A stretch of DNA of 64,000 nucleotides from positions 4,650,001 through 4,714,000 of the forward strand of contig OZ218950.1 in assembly GCA_965112735.1 (NCBI GenBank), given 5' to 3'. This DNA is from Phaeosaccion multiseriatum (Eukaryota > Protista > Ochrophyta, other classes). Of the stretch, positions 50,765 through 62,800 are shown piece after piece. Position 1 is the stretch's first letter. Every line of letters begins with the position of its first letter. The translations under genes were made by a program, and so were the position numbers. The notes under the pieces are model-generated. The model was not told the origin of the DNA, ran no database searches, and saw nothing but the letters and a program-made list of their open reading frames with translations.

Positions 50765-51362
50765 GAGAGGAAAAGGGCCCACCTGCGCTGCCCCTGACAA
50801 TGGAGGGGGGGTTCGCGGGAAGCAGCCCCCTCTTTCGGGCAAGAGCAGGAACTGGTCGGGGGACGGGGAGACGGAAGTTTTCGTTCGTCGTTCGCAGTGG
50901 CAAGTGGCATTCCCTACGCAAGGTAAGGCGTCTCCCTTCTATTTTGGAATGGGATGGTGCTCAGGCCTTGAGAAGCAGCTGCAGCAGCAGCAGCAGCAGC
51001 AGCAGCAAGAGCAGCGCAGTATGGTAGGGGCGTTTCTCTGCACAAGCTCGCTCTCATTCGTCCAAGGGCGATCGATGCGGCCTCAGATGGCCCCCCAGAG
51101 GGGCATCGACTTGGTGCGCAGGAGGGAGGGCACACCAGCGCTGACCAAGAGTGGGCCCCACTAGAGCGGAGGGGAGAGAGTTTTGACGAAGCTGACTCGC
51201 TGCGTGTCAGAGCCGCAACATTCTAGGGATGTGTGGGCATCCCCCCTCCCTCCCTCCCTCCCTCCCACCCACCCACCCCTGGCAGGGGCGCAGAGGAGCT
51301 TAATACAACATTATAAAGGACTGATAGCACCACGTTCTTTGTCAAGTACACTCGATTTTGTA

Positions 51363-52319
51363 TCATACATAGAACTCGGAATCGATGTTTGTCTGTGCAC
51401 TTCCAGTGTCCTCTGAGTCACCCCCATCATCTTCCATGTACAGCATCGCCGCCTCCCAGAGTTTCGCCGATGCCTCCAGTAATAAGATTATCTCCGGAGG
51501 GCGATCAGGGAAGGCCACCTTGGCAGGACCCTCTCCTTCCTCCGGGCTCCTGAGAATGTCTGCCCCTCCCATGAGTCCTATCCGATACGCCATGTTGACG
51601 GACTCCGACAGCTGCTGAAGATCGTTCACCTTCATCACAAGGCTGGCCCCGGAGGCGAACGCTACCTGCGTTGACATTTCAAGCCCCGCGTTCAATCCTG
51701 TCCACTGGGACGGCTTGATGTCGTCAATCATGAGTTTGGAAGGGGCGGTGCGGCTACCCGCCGCAAACGTTTTGCCCAGCTGTGCAATGTTGAAGGGGTC
51801 CGGACTCTCCACGTCCGGTGTAACCACGACACCGTAATCGCCCCCCTCTTTGTTCCAAGCCTGTGCCGCCGTCGCCGTGGGAAGCACCTTGATCACCCTG
51901 CTGCTATCCTCGTTCATCATGAAGAAGCTCAGAGCGGCAGCTCCTGTTCCTGCATCCCCGGCGTCACTCTTTTCTGCGAAGCTCTGTGCCTCCTCTCCCC
52001 TCCCAGCGGGGAAAAGAAGCCCGCTGACCGGGTTATTCATCTTCGGCTCAACGGCATCAGGGGCGTCAGGGTCATCTCCCTTTTCCGCCTCCAGCTTCCT
52101 TGCCCTCATGTCCACGTATAGCCTTTGCATCTCTTCGTGCGCAGGAAGAATGCAGTAACGAAGATCGAGCCAGCACTTAACGCTGAGAGCCTGCGAGGGG
52201 GCCTTTCCGGCAACTGCTGGCGCCCCGGCCGTGAGGATGAGGCCCTGAACTCCCCACGTTGAGCAGCAGCACAAGAGGAGAGCAGCGACCACGAAGAGCT
52301 GTGGCATAGAAGTCACCAT
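51363..52319 (-). CDS. Hypothetical 318-aa protein with a signal peptide, possibly plastid-targeted
   Basis: Intronless ORF with hydrophobic N-terminus LFVVAALLLCCC...VQG followed by an Ala/Pro-rich segment. Confidence 0.7.
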   Translation of the reverse strand: MVTSMPQLFVVAALLLCCCSTWGVQGLILTAGAPAVAGKAPSQALSVKCWLDLRYCILPAHEEMQRLYVDMRARKLEAEKGDDPDAPDAVEPKMNNPVSGLLFPAGRGEEAQSFAEKSDAGDAGTGAAALSFFMMNEDSSRVIKVLPTATAAQAWNKEGGDYGVVVTPDVESPDPFNIAQLGKTFAAGSRTAPSKLMIDDIKPSQWTGLNAGLEMSTQVAFASGASLVMKVNDLQQLSESVNMAYRIGLMGGADILRSPEEGEGPAKVAFPDRPPEIILLLEASAKLWEAAMLYMEDDGGDSEDTGSAQTNIDSEFYV

Positions 52320-52499
52320 CTTGGGAAGCGCACCCTATGTTGGGGCTCTCAGCTCCGTTGAGCGTGAAGGAGAGAAGGAGGAAGGTGTGTTTCTATGGTC
52401 TATGGTGGTCTAAAAGTAACGAGGAGGAGGATGCATTTCGCGTGTTCAGCAAAATATCACAGATGGGCTTGGGCATTGCTTTTTTCTTTTTTTTCTTCT

Positions 52500-52927
52500 T
52501 CATTTAGGTACTGTACCGATGGCAATGTCGATGCCCACCGGGCAGTGGTCGCTGACCCCCACAGTGTCTGTATCAAGAACGAAACTGTCCAACACTCGCA
52601 CAGTGTGGGTCCCACTTCCATCCTCTCCCTCGCTTCCTGTGGCCTTCTCCTTGTCTGCTTCTTGTGCCGTGGCAGCCAGCCAGTAGTCGATTCTCATCCC
52701 TTCGGCGCCGGGTGGGAGGTGGGGGGTGGAGGGGGGTAGGCCGACAGTTCGTGTGTAGCACACAGGATAGAGAGAAAGGAGGGACATGCAATGAGCTCTC
52801 ATTGTGTACGCGTGTGTGCGTGTGCATGTGCGTGTGTGTTCGGGTGTTTATGTGTGTGTGTGCATGTGCGTGTGTGCGTGAGTCTTGCGCAGCAGGCCCT
52901 CCATTGTAGTCGTCTGCCACATACGAA

Positions 52928-52974
<47 letters not shown>

Positions 52975-54009
52975 GCATCCGCACGGCTTGCTTCCTTTTG
53001 TGAGCCGCCCCCAAGGCCCCACGCCCCACCACCCCAACCCACCGCCCTCCTCCTCCTCCTCCTCCTCCTCCTCCTCCTCCTCCTCCTCCTCCTCCTCCTT
53101 TTCCTCCTCCTCCTCCTCCTCCTCCTCCTCCTCCTCCTCCTCCTCCTCCTCCTCCTCCTCCTCCTCCTCCTCCTCCTCCTCCTCCTTCCTCTCCCTCCGC
53201 ATTGTCCTCCCTCCCCCCCCCTCACTCACCTCGATTGAAGGGCCTGTTCCTCGCTCTGACGGACCAGTAGCTATACACGCCCTCGGCCGAGGGGTGCACT
53301 TGCCGAAAGGTGTCCACGAAGCGCCCCTCCCGGAGAATGTTCTCTACGAAAGAAGAACGTTCTTGGGGTGTAGTGCAGGCCTGGGTCAGTGTGCGCTTCT
53401 CGTGAGGGTTGAAAAAGTCCACATCGTGGTGTGCTGCGTTGAGGTCACCTGGGTGGAGTGATGGATGGACGGATGGATGGAGGGGGGCAGGGACGGAGGG
53501 AGCGAGGGGAGAGAGCGAGAGAGAGGGAGGGAGTGTGTGTGTGAGAGAGAGAGGAAGAGCATTGCAAGCGAAGGACAAGGCGTGCGTGCGTGCGTGCGTG
53601 CGTGCGTACGTGCGCGTGCGGAGGCAATGGCTGTGTATTCGCTCTGGGAGCATGGGGCGGAGGGTTAGGCAGGGGTTAAGGATGTTACCCATGGTGTCGG
53701 ACAAGAGGGTGGCTTTTAACGAAGTAGAGACCGCGTGAGCTGAGCTGTTGGGAGAGACGGAGAGACAGAGAAAAGAGGCGAACGATGACACTACGTTCGG
53801 ATTATTGAAGGTAATGCAGGAGACGAAGCAAGTTTCGCACGAACGCACGCACGCACCGCATACAAGCACCGGCGTGAATCCGTTTCGGTCCGAGAGGTCC
53901 TGGATGTACTTGCCAAACGCCACGTCCCATGTCTGGGTCCGAAAGTCGAGTCTCTTTAGTCCGTCTCCTGCAGGGTGGGGAGGGGGGGCAGAGAGGGAGA
54001 GAGAGAGGG

Positions 54010-54050
<41 letters not shown>

Positions 54051-55873
54051 AAAGAAAAAGAGAGTGAGAGAGAGAGAAGGAGAGAAAAGAGCGCGCAATT
54101 GAAGTTGGCTCCCACAACAGGGGTCAGGAGCAGAGCAGCGAGGCCTAGGCTTCACAGCGCAGCGCCAACACGAAAGGACCCCTCTCAAATTCCACAATAC
54201 TTCCGTCATCCGTCGTGCGCTCTACTGACCAACCTGCGTTTGGAGTGTAGACTGTCACCACGTACCCCCACGTGTACGTGAGTGTAATGACCCTTCCCTC
54301 AGCGTCCCCCTCGGATTGGCCAATGCCAAACTCCACTGCAAATATACGTCGAGTTGAAAGAGTGGGTGGGGGGTGGAGGGGAGGGGAGGGGAGGGGTGAA
54401 GAAAGGGATGAGCTAAGAGAGGGCGGACGTTGCGCGTATCGGGAGGAGGAGAGCTTCAGCAAGCAAGACACATTCTCCTTCTCTCTATGTGTCTCGCTCT
54501 CCATCTTTTTCTCTATTTCTCTCTCTCTCTCCTCGCACCCTCGCACCCTCGCACCCGGGCCTCACCTTACCTTTCAGTGGCGTTGCCACCTCTTCGCACT
54601 CCTCACGAATCAGCATGGCTTTGCGTGTGTGGGTAGCAGACAAACACACAGAGCGGACACAGGCGAAGAGCAGAATCAGGGCGCGACGAAGAGGAGCAAG
54701 GGCAGTGGAGTTTGAAGTCGTCAAGGAAGGCCAAGCTAGGGAGACAAACAAGATGAGGGCAGTGGAATGATCATTCAGCTTACCCCCCCCCTCTTTAACT
54801 TCCCTCCCACGCACCCGTTCCGCTGTACCCCAGTCTGGCAACAGAGCAGCTCCAATGGGCCTTGTATCCCGGCAGGAGCTCCACGATCTGAGCATGTACA
54901 TCGTCAATGTGCTGCTCCTGGTGAGGGAGAGGTAGGAGGGCATGGGAGGGCCGTAGCAGTAGCAGCAGCAGCAGCAAGCATACGTGGAGGAAGAGGTGGA
55001 TGTGAAGGGTGAGCATCAACAGCAAGACCTTCGAAGCATCGGCCATCGGCATCCGTGCTGCCCAGTCTTAAACCCCAATCCTCCCTACAGATGGCTGTAT
55101 CGCCTCCTTCTCCCATAGGTGTCCGGGTGCGCACCCACCTGTATCTTCGTTTCTTGAAAGGTGATGAGATTGGGCTTCTCTTTCTCCACGAGGCCTTTGA
55201 GGGCGGAGACACTCTCAGGCTTCCTCAGGACGGCACGGATGCCGTTCACATTCCACGATAGCAAACGCATTTTCACGCCGTCGTCCACCTCAGCTGCCTG
55301 GCCGCTGCCCGTGCCGCTGCGGCTCCTCTCGGCTCGTCGAGGCGTGCTTGACCTGGGTATTGACGCCCTAGTCGGCGCCACTCGCTCCTTACTTCCAGCT
55401 TCCGCTTTGGGCTGAGCAACCCTTTTCCGCTTCGTAGGAGGAACAGCAGTAGTAGTGGGAGAGGAGCCCGAGAGTCTATCCACAAGCTGCGCTTTATTCC
55501 CTGACACGGGAAGTCCCCGAGCGCGTAGCTTGTCCTTCAAGTCTACCACCCTCAGCGCCAGCAGCGAAGCCTTGCTGCTCCCCCCTTCACCTTCTTCTTG
55601 TGCCCCTGCGCCTCTCCGCCGCCTCCCCTCTGCATTTCCTCCTGCCTCTTCCGCCCATGAGGAAGCTTTCCTGGCCATGACCCGTCTAGAGTTGGCTGCA
55701 TACACAGCTCCTCCCTGTGCAGCCGGAACTGTAAAGGCCTTCGGTCGACCTCGCCCCCGAACGGAATAGAGTGACGTGTGAACGGCGGTGAACGATCTAC
55801 ATGTCCTAAGGGACAGGGAAGCAAGCATGAACCACAGAGATACCGGTCGTAGTAGATGGGGAGGGCGTGTCAT
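52500..55873 (-). CDS. AP endonuclease / exodeoxyribonuclease III with an N-terminal SAP domain (plant ARP-like), probably organelle-targeted
   Basis: SAP domain LRVVDLKDKLRARGLPVSGNKAQLVDRL. Catalytic motifs SWNVNG, QETK, GYSGT, EGRVI, YTPN, GDLN, RIDY and SDHCP. Confidence 0.93.
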
Positions 55874-56344
55874 GAAGAGAGAGACGAGAGAGAAAAATAG
55901 AGAGAAGGAGATGGGGGTGTTGGTGATGGTCTGCCAACTGTGAGTTCAGGGCGCCGATTCCGGCGCCAAAAAAAAAACAAACCCTAAGCCAACGCTGTCA
56001 GCACAGCAGCAGAAGCTCTTGTCAACACACAGCGAGGGGACAGGAGGGAGAGCGGCGAGTTGGAGATCGATGCGGTACGCCACTGCTATTATTGTTACGC
56101 CCTTTAAAATCAAAGTTATCAGAGCCAATTATTAAAGGGACTCGACTTCTCTTCCCATGAAAGAAGAGCTTCCATACCTACGTACTACACACGCCAAGTC
56201 CCATACCTATCGCACTTCCCTTTCTTTCCCCGCTTTCTCCAAAATGTTACTTACTCTACTCGGCACCAAAGCCATGGGATTATTACACTAAATAAAATCC
56301 CCCAAAAATGTCTTTGCAAGTATACGTACACCGCCCCTCCCCTC

Positions 56345-59300
56345 TTACTCGTAAAAGCGTGAGCCGCCGGAGCTGGAGGGCGTCCCCTCTCCTCCCTTCG
56401 CCACGGGGGTGAAGACGGGTACACCCCAGTCCGCCGCGTTGTGGGGAGAAGCCCTGCGTACGTCTTGCCGAGGAGCAGGCCCAGTGAACACAAACTCCCT
56501 GGACCTGTCCCCCCTCCTTTTGTTCATGTTGTTGCTCATGTGGTTGTTGTTGGTCATGAACTCTCTCTGACCGTAGTTGTGGCTGGTGTGGTTGGTGTGG
56601 GCGTTGAGCACATTCGCCTCGTCCATGGACAGAGGCCTTTGATCCCTCTGACTGAAGGTGCTGCTCGTGTCGCTGCGCGCCGAGCTCCCACTGCTGCCAG
56701 TGCCACTGCTCACTGTGAGCGGTGGGCTGTCCATTGGGCTCCTCCTGCTACCACCTCGACCACCATTCTGGAAGTGGCGCCTCTGCTGCAAGGGGGGACG
56801 GCCATGTCCAACAGGGCCACCAGCCTCACCATCTCGGCCTTGACGGTCAGCAGCACCACCTGCAGCGGGCGGCTCGTAGATGAAAGGACTCTCCTCTCGT
56901 GGCCCTCGCAGAGCCTTGATGCGGCTCGGACCGTACCCGCCCAGCCCCAGGCAAGGCACCACCACAAGGAGGAAGAGGGCCGTGAGCAGCACAAAGCCAA
57001 CCAAGATGACCAGCGCAAGCACACCGTCGTTCAGCACCTTGTGGTTGCTGCCGGGCATCACGTCGTCCGCGCCACGACCAACACCCATCACACCCTCCAT
57101 GTTCAATATATCGAACTCCCCCGAGCCCACCGGGTGCCTGAGCAACGTCGACACCTCACCCCAGGAGAGAGTGAGAGCGCGGGATTCCTCGTCGCATGAG
57201 CCGTAGCTCACCACCACGTGGTCCTTTCCAAGCTTGGTCAGACCGGAAGCAAAGATTGGGCACGCCTCCGGGTCGGAGCTGAGCAGCGGAATGGGTCGGC
57301 TGATGGCAAGGGGGTGGAAGGGCTCCTCGGTAGTGAACTGCATAAAGTAGTTGATGTACTCTCCGGTGGCGCTGAGGGTGTGGAAGACCGCCAAGTTGTA
57401 GTCGTCCAAGAACGATCTCTCCACGAGGACGGCATTGGACCCGCCGTGTATCTCGACACCCATGGAGTCCTTGAAGTACAAGAGCGGTGTCACCACTTCC
57501 TCGTAACGCTGCTCCACCGCGTGATTCTCCAGACTCGATCGAACGGGCGTGAAGGGAGAAGCGTGGGTCAAAAAGCCGATGCTGCCTGCCTCATCCTCCG
57601 CCTCCGCGACGGCCTCCTCTTCGCTCGTCTGCACCCCGAAAGCCATCCAATTCTTTTCAAAGATCTGCGGCGTGGTGGCGGCGGGGTCTGGTTGGAGCAT
57701 GTTAGCCACAATCACCTCCTCACCGCCCTCCGTGCCCAGCAAGTCTCCCTCCGTGATGAACATTCCACCAATGGTGTCGCCTGAAGCCGGGCACTTGTCC
57801 TCGTCTTGGTTGGGCAGCGTGGAGAAGAAGGTCATGAGCAGCTTGCCTTGGTGCAGAAGGAGGCGCGGATCCTGAGGTCCGGTCACAACATGCTGCGTGT
57901 AGGTGTTGTTGGCGGCGAAGAAGATGGGCTCGGGAATGCAGGGTGTCCACTTCTCCTCCCCAGCGGAGGGTGCAAAGTTCATCACCGTCATCTCCCCAGT
58001 GGGCTGCAGGGTGGAGGGCTCCACCTCACCAAAGACAATGTCACTGAACCAGGTGGTGGTGAGGAGCCCAGCATCCGTCTCTCCCATGACCACATCAGGC
58101 GTGGTGTCAAACTCCATGCGATGTCTTCGTGCGGCCATGAACATTTTGTCGCCCACCTCGAGCAGAGAGGGGTTGATAAAGTCGTACTCGTCCTGCATCG
58201 TGCTGCTACTGCCAACCCCTAGAGGAACGCTCGTGGAAAGGTCCAGTCGAGTGTCAGTCGCGCCCGAAGGATAAGACACTTCTGCGGCTACGGGAGTGCC
58301 ACTCCTTGCCGAGCCGTTGGGATTGTCCTCGCCCCATTCGCCAGACACAGGGGTGGGCACGATGCCCCATAGGGAGGTGAGGGCCAGACCCAGCACACCG
58401 GCGTAGGTCAGTCGCTTCCAGAACACAGAGTTGTCCTTGGTGGGGAAGAGCAGGCCCGAAACGTTGAACATGACAATGGCGAAGGCGAGCAGGAAGGTCA
58501 TCATGCCCATATCGGCCCAGCCGCTCCAGATGTTGAAGGCGATGAACTGGAAGATGTACACCGAGTACGAGTAGCGCCCCAGCACGCGGAAGGGCCACAG
58601 GTTGAACAGCTTGGCCACGGGGTCGACTCCAAAGGCCAGGCCGATCAGGATGAGGCCCTGCAGAGGGGCGAGGGCTCCGAGTCGGCACGTGAGCTTGTAG
58701 CCTGGGGGCTGGATGGCCTCGACGGTGAAGACGAGCAAGAGCCCGGCGTAGCCAATGCAGGCCCCGAATCTGAACAGAGCAGGGGCCGCTTCGCGGTAGT
58801 TGCTGCGGGTGTTTCGGGGGTACGAAAGAAAGACAAGACAAAAAAAGGCGCAATGAGAACAAAATAATAGTATGTCGGAAGAAGAGAGGCATGTTGTCGG
58901 GCCCTGAGGCAGACGCATCACCACCCTCTCCACTCGCGTCACTCACCGGTAGAGACAGGCCAGGCCGATGCCGTAGATGTACACATGGGCGTAGAAGGCG
59001 GGGAAGAACTTGAGCATCACCACAAACATGTCCTCCCACATCTTGGTGGACCCGTAGGAGTGCACTCGGTACCAGTCCGCAGGCTCTCCCACAATGGGGG
59101 GGATGATAGCAGGGAGCCAGCCCGCGACGGACAGCGCCACCATGAGAGCGACGAGGGCCTTGTTGCTGAGGTTAGACATGAACTTCTCCATGCGGCCGTG
59201 GAAGAACCTGATGAAGCAGGTAGAGGAGAGGAGAGTGTGATGACGAAGTGAGTGAGTTGCGCGAGGGAGAAGAAGGAAACTTGCGAGGGAAGAGACAGCT

Positions 59301-61936
59301 GCACACGAATGATTGCGAAGGCTCAAGGTCAGGGTCAAGGCCAGGAGCACGCTTACTCACCAGAGAGGCACGATGGCGCTGAGGAACCAGCAGTGCGCTT
59401 GCAGAACGTTCTCCGTGATCTTGGGGATCCACGCCTGCGTCAGCGTCACGCTCGCCACGGCCTCCAACCAAGTGATATTCTGCCAGCGGTCATCCCACAC
59501 GGACACGAAGAAGGCGGCGATGAGCCCAAGCAGGTACAGAGGGTAGATACTCTTGACTCGAGCCTGGAGGAAGGTCCACGGGTTGGGGTACACGCCGACC
59601 TGGCCAGACTTGGCCTGCCTCTTGAGCGACGAGTAGGTGAGCACGAAGCCGGAGAGCATCATGAACCAGGGCACCCAGGTGAAGCCCCAGCCGATGATGT
59701 ACCAGCGGGGCGTGGCCTGCGGGGAGGTGCCGAAGTAGTGCCCGCCCACAATGTGCTGCGAGGCCACGAAGCGCGCTCCATCGAAGGCGGTGAGGTAGCC
59801 CCACGCACCCATGCCCATACCAGCAGCCCCTGCAGCGCCGGCAGCGGCGGTGGCAGGAATCGCCTTGGGGAGGGCTGCCAACTTCTCTGCTGTAGGCACG
59901 GAGGACGACGGAGCCATCTGCGCTGCTCCTTCCTCCTCCTTAGTCTCTTCGCGGTGTCCTTCCTCCTCCTTAGTCTCTTCGCGGTGTCCTCCCTCCTCCT
60001 TGGTCTCTTCTGCTGCCTGCCTCCCAGTAGTAGTTGCAGCAGCAGCAGCACTCGCCGCGTTATGCTTCTCCATCTTGCTCCTCAGCTCCTTGGGCACCTC
60101 CATCAACTTGCGCTCCTTCTCCTGGATGGTCGCGGACTTCAGGCCGCCTCCCTTCGACTTGCCAAAGGGCAGCCTCGCCTTGTACTCAGCCGGCATGGAG
60201 GTGACAAAGGTATACACGACCAGCACGAGGGAGAGGCAAGCCGCCAACCACTTGAGCGCTGTGTACTTCCACGGCGTGTACTCCCTGCCGCTGGAGGTGG
60301 GCGAGTCGCCGCCTGCCGACACAAACTGTCCGTCAGCCGTTCGCACCACCGTAGCGGAGGCGAAAGAGGCAACAGGGGCTTGATCCAACACGAGCTGCGA
60401 GAAGTCCATCTCCTCCGGCTCCTCCGGTGCTCCTCCATCCTCCCCCTCGTCTTCGCTCCCAGTCTCCTCTGCTTCATATTGCTCTTCCGTGGGGAAGACT
60501 GTCACCTCACAAGGGCGGTGGTACTGCTCCCACCAGTCGATGCCGGGCCCCTCTTCTTCGGACCACTCGTAGGTTCGGCACCCTTCCGAGCCCGCCCACT
60601 GATTCGTGTCAGGAGAGGTGGGGGGCACGCACAAAGGATGGAAGGGGTCGGGGGGTGGGAGGGGATGGTAAGAGCGTTTCCCGTAAGACAAAACACGAGA
60701 GAATGTGGAAGGAGGAAGCCTCAGACAAGCGGAAATCGAGAGAAGACTGATGTAGAGGGCACTCTACCCTCATTCCTCTCCCTCCCTTCTTCCCCTCCCT
60801 TCTTCCCCTCCCGTCTAAGCACAGACTCACTCACTCACTGACTTCCCCACCCCCTACCACACCATCTCACTCCACTCACAACCTCACTGACGCACCTGCT
60901 CTTCGCACTCGTGGATCTCCACCTTGTCTGCCTCACACACAACGGAGATGAGCCTTTGCACGAGGGCCAGGTTGACGATGCCCACAGGGTGGTTTCCGAC
61001 CTTCTCCTCGGCGTTGGGCTCGTTCATGGTGCCCTCGATGTTGAATAGGATACCATTGTACTCATCCACCAACTGAGAGAGGGAAGGAAGGAGGGAGGGA
61101 GGGAGGGAGGGAGAGGTACGAGAGACAGACACACCAAGACAATAAGGAAGAGAGGGAGGGGGGAGGGAGGGGTACGAGAGAGACACACATCAAGACAACA
61201 AGGCAAGAGACGGGGGGGGGGGGGAGGAGCGTCACACGTCAATTTCAGTTTCGGGTTGTTTACAACTTTTATGATGAGAGCTGTCGAGCTACACTTTCAT
61301 TCCTTTGACCGACCAACCGGCCAACCGACTCACCCACTCCCTCTCTCACTCACCAGCTCAGCAATGGCAGCCGCTCCTGCCGTGAACTCGCCCCAATCAA
61401 CGACAGTCCTTGCAAAGACGGGGGTAATGTTGGGGAAATTGTCTCTCATCTTGTCCGCCATCTTCCTCATTTGCGAGTAGTAAAACTCCAGCCTCGTGTC
61501 CACGTTTGTTCCCCGAAGCGCCCTAATCTCCTCTCCGTCAGGCATGGCATCACAAGCCCATGGCTCGTTGCCGGGGTCGTTGCAAAGATCGTACCACACG
61601 TCCACTTGGAATACAAAGTAGCCCGACATGTCCGTTCGGCCTGCCGCGATCATGTCATCCATCCGGTCGATAAGGTGCTCTACAGAAACCCCGCTGCCCC
61701 AGAGAAACTCCGGAGCTCCGTCGCTGTCCGGGTCCTTGGTGTAAACGTCTATGCACTCGTCGTATTCGAGAGCGCCACCCTTGGTGAGCACATTGTCCTC
61801 TGGGGTGATGGAGATGCCGGCGCAGCGGATGAGCAGCGTATATTGCGCTAGGTTAGGGTTGCTGGGTGGCTGCCCGTCGAAGAGCCAATCATGCACGTCC
61901 AGATCGTTATCGTATTGCTCGTCCAACTGCAGGGAG

Positions 61937-61976
<40 letters not shown>

Positions 61977-62800
61977 CAAGTCGTCAGACACAGTGCGCCG
62001 ACAGTGCGTATACGGGGGAGGGGAAGGGGGGAGGAAGCGAAAAGAGGGAGGGCAGCGTTCCTTTTATGGGCCCTCCTTGCTCCAGGGTGTGCACTTCACT
62101 TACCCAAGGGAAGGCCGTGGCGAACAGGCCACCGACGTGACTCCCTCCCAAGAAGGCAATCACCATATCGGGGTCTTGCTCCTGCATGCACTGGGCCACC
62201 TCGGTCGGCTCGTAGAAGTGAAAGTGGCACGTGTGGGGATCTGGAGGAGCGCGAGGAGCAGGAGGAAACAGAAGGCAGGGGCAGGAAAGAGAGACGACGG
62301 CCGAAGATGAGTCAAGGTTAAAATATTATGTTACGGTGAAGAGAGGGGTGGACGTTAAAACCCCCCCGGTGTCAGCTGCCTACCTTATGGCAAGTTCTCT
62401 CCTATGCACTCCTTTCCAGCCCCCCCCCCCACACCACCCTCGACGTCTCTCACCTTCGAGCTCCAGCGTGTGGCATATCTCCTCTCCGTCTGCCGTTGTA
62501 TCACACCGCCAAGCTCCCTTCTCGGCCGTCGAGCTACATCGCGGAGTGCAAGCCTCGGGACGCCAATTCGGCTCGGGAACGTCGACCACTCCGCCAGTCC
62601 CTGAACGCACGGCACAGAAGAGAAGCGTCGGTGAGAAGAGATGCAAAGGGGGGAGCCAAAGAGAGGAGAACAGACCAGACCTTCCGACCCCAGAAGAAGC
62701 ACTCACCCGCTGCTCCAGGGAGCTGGACCAAGAGCGAGAGAAGCCCCCCCATGGCCACCGCTGCTGCGGCGCCTCCCGGCATAGCCACAGACGAGCGCAT
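56345..62800 (-). CDS. SGNH/PC-esterase-like + acyltransferase-3 + GH130/GT91-like beta-propeller fusion membrane protein (~1694 aa, 8 exons)
   Basis: Exons 62800-62707, 62600-62454, 62240-62104, 61926-61354, 61072-60896, 60598-59361, 59207-58947 and 58802-56345 join in frame through seven GT-AG introns. Domain motifs are listed in the findings. Confidence 0.75.
59931..60010 (-). repeat. 30-bp coding tandem repeat (EETKEEEGHR), about 2.7 copies
   Basis: Seen directly in the linker of the fusion protein. Confidence 0.9.

Noticed and set aside
59252-60841. 529-aa plus-strand ORF
   Set aside because: Antisense shadow of the GC-rich fusion-gene exon; no motifs.
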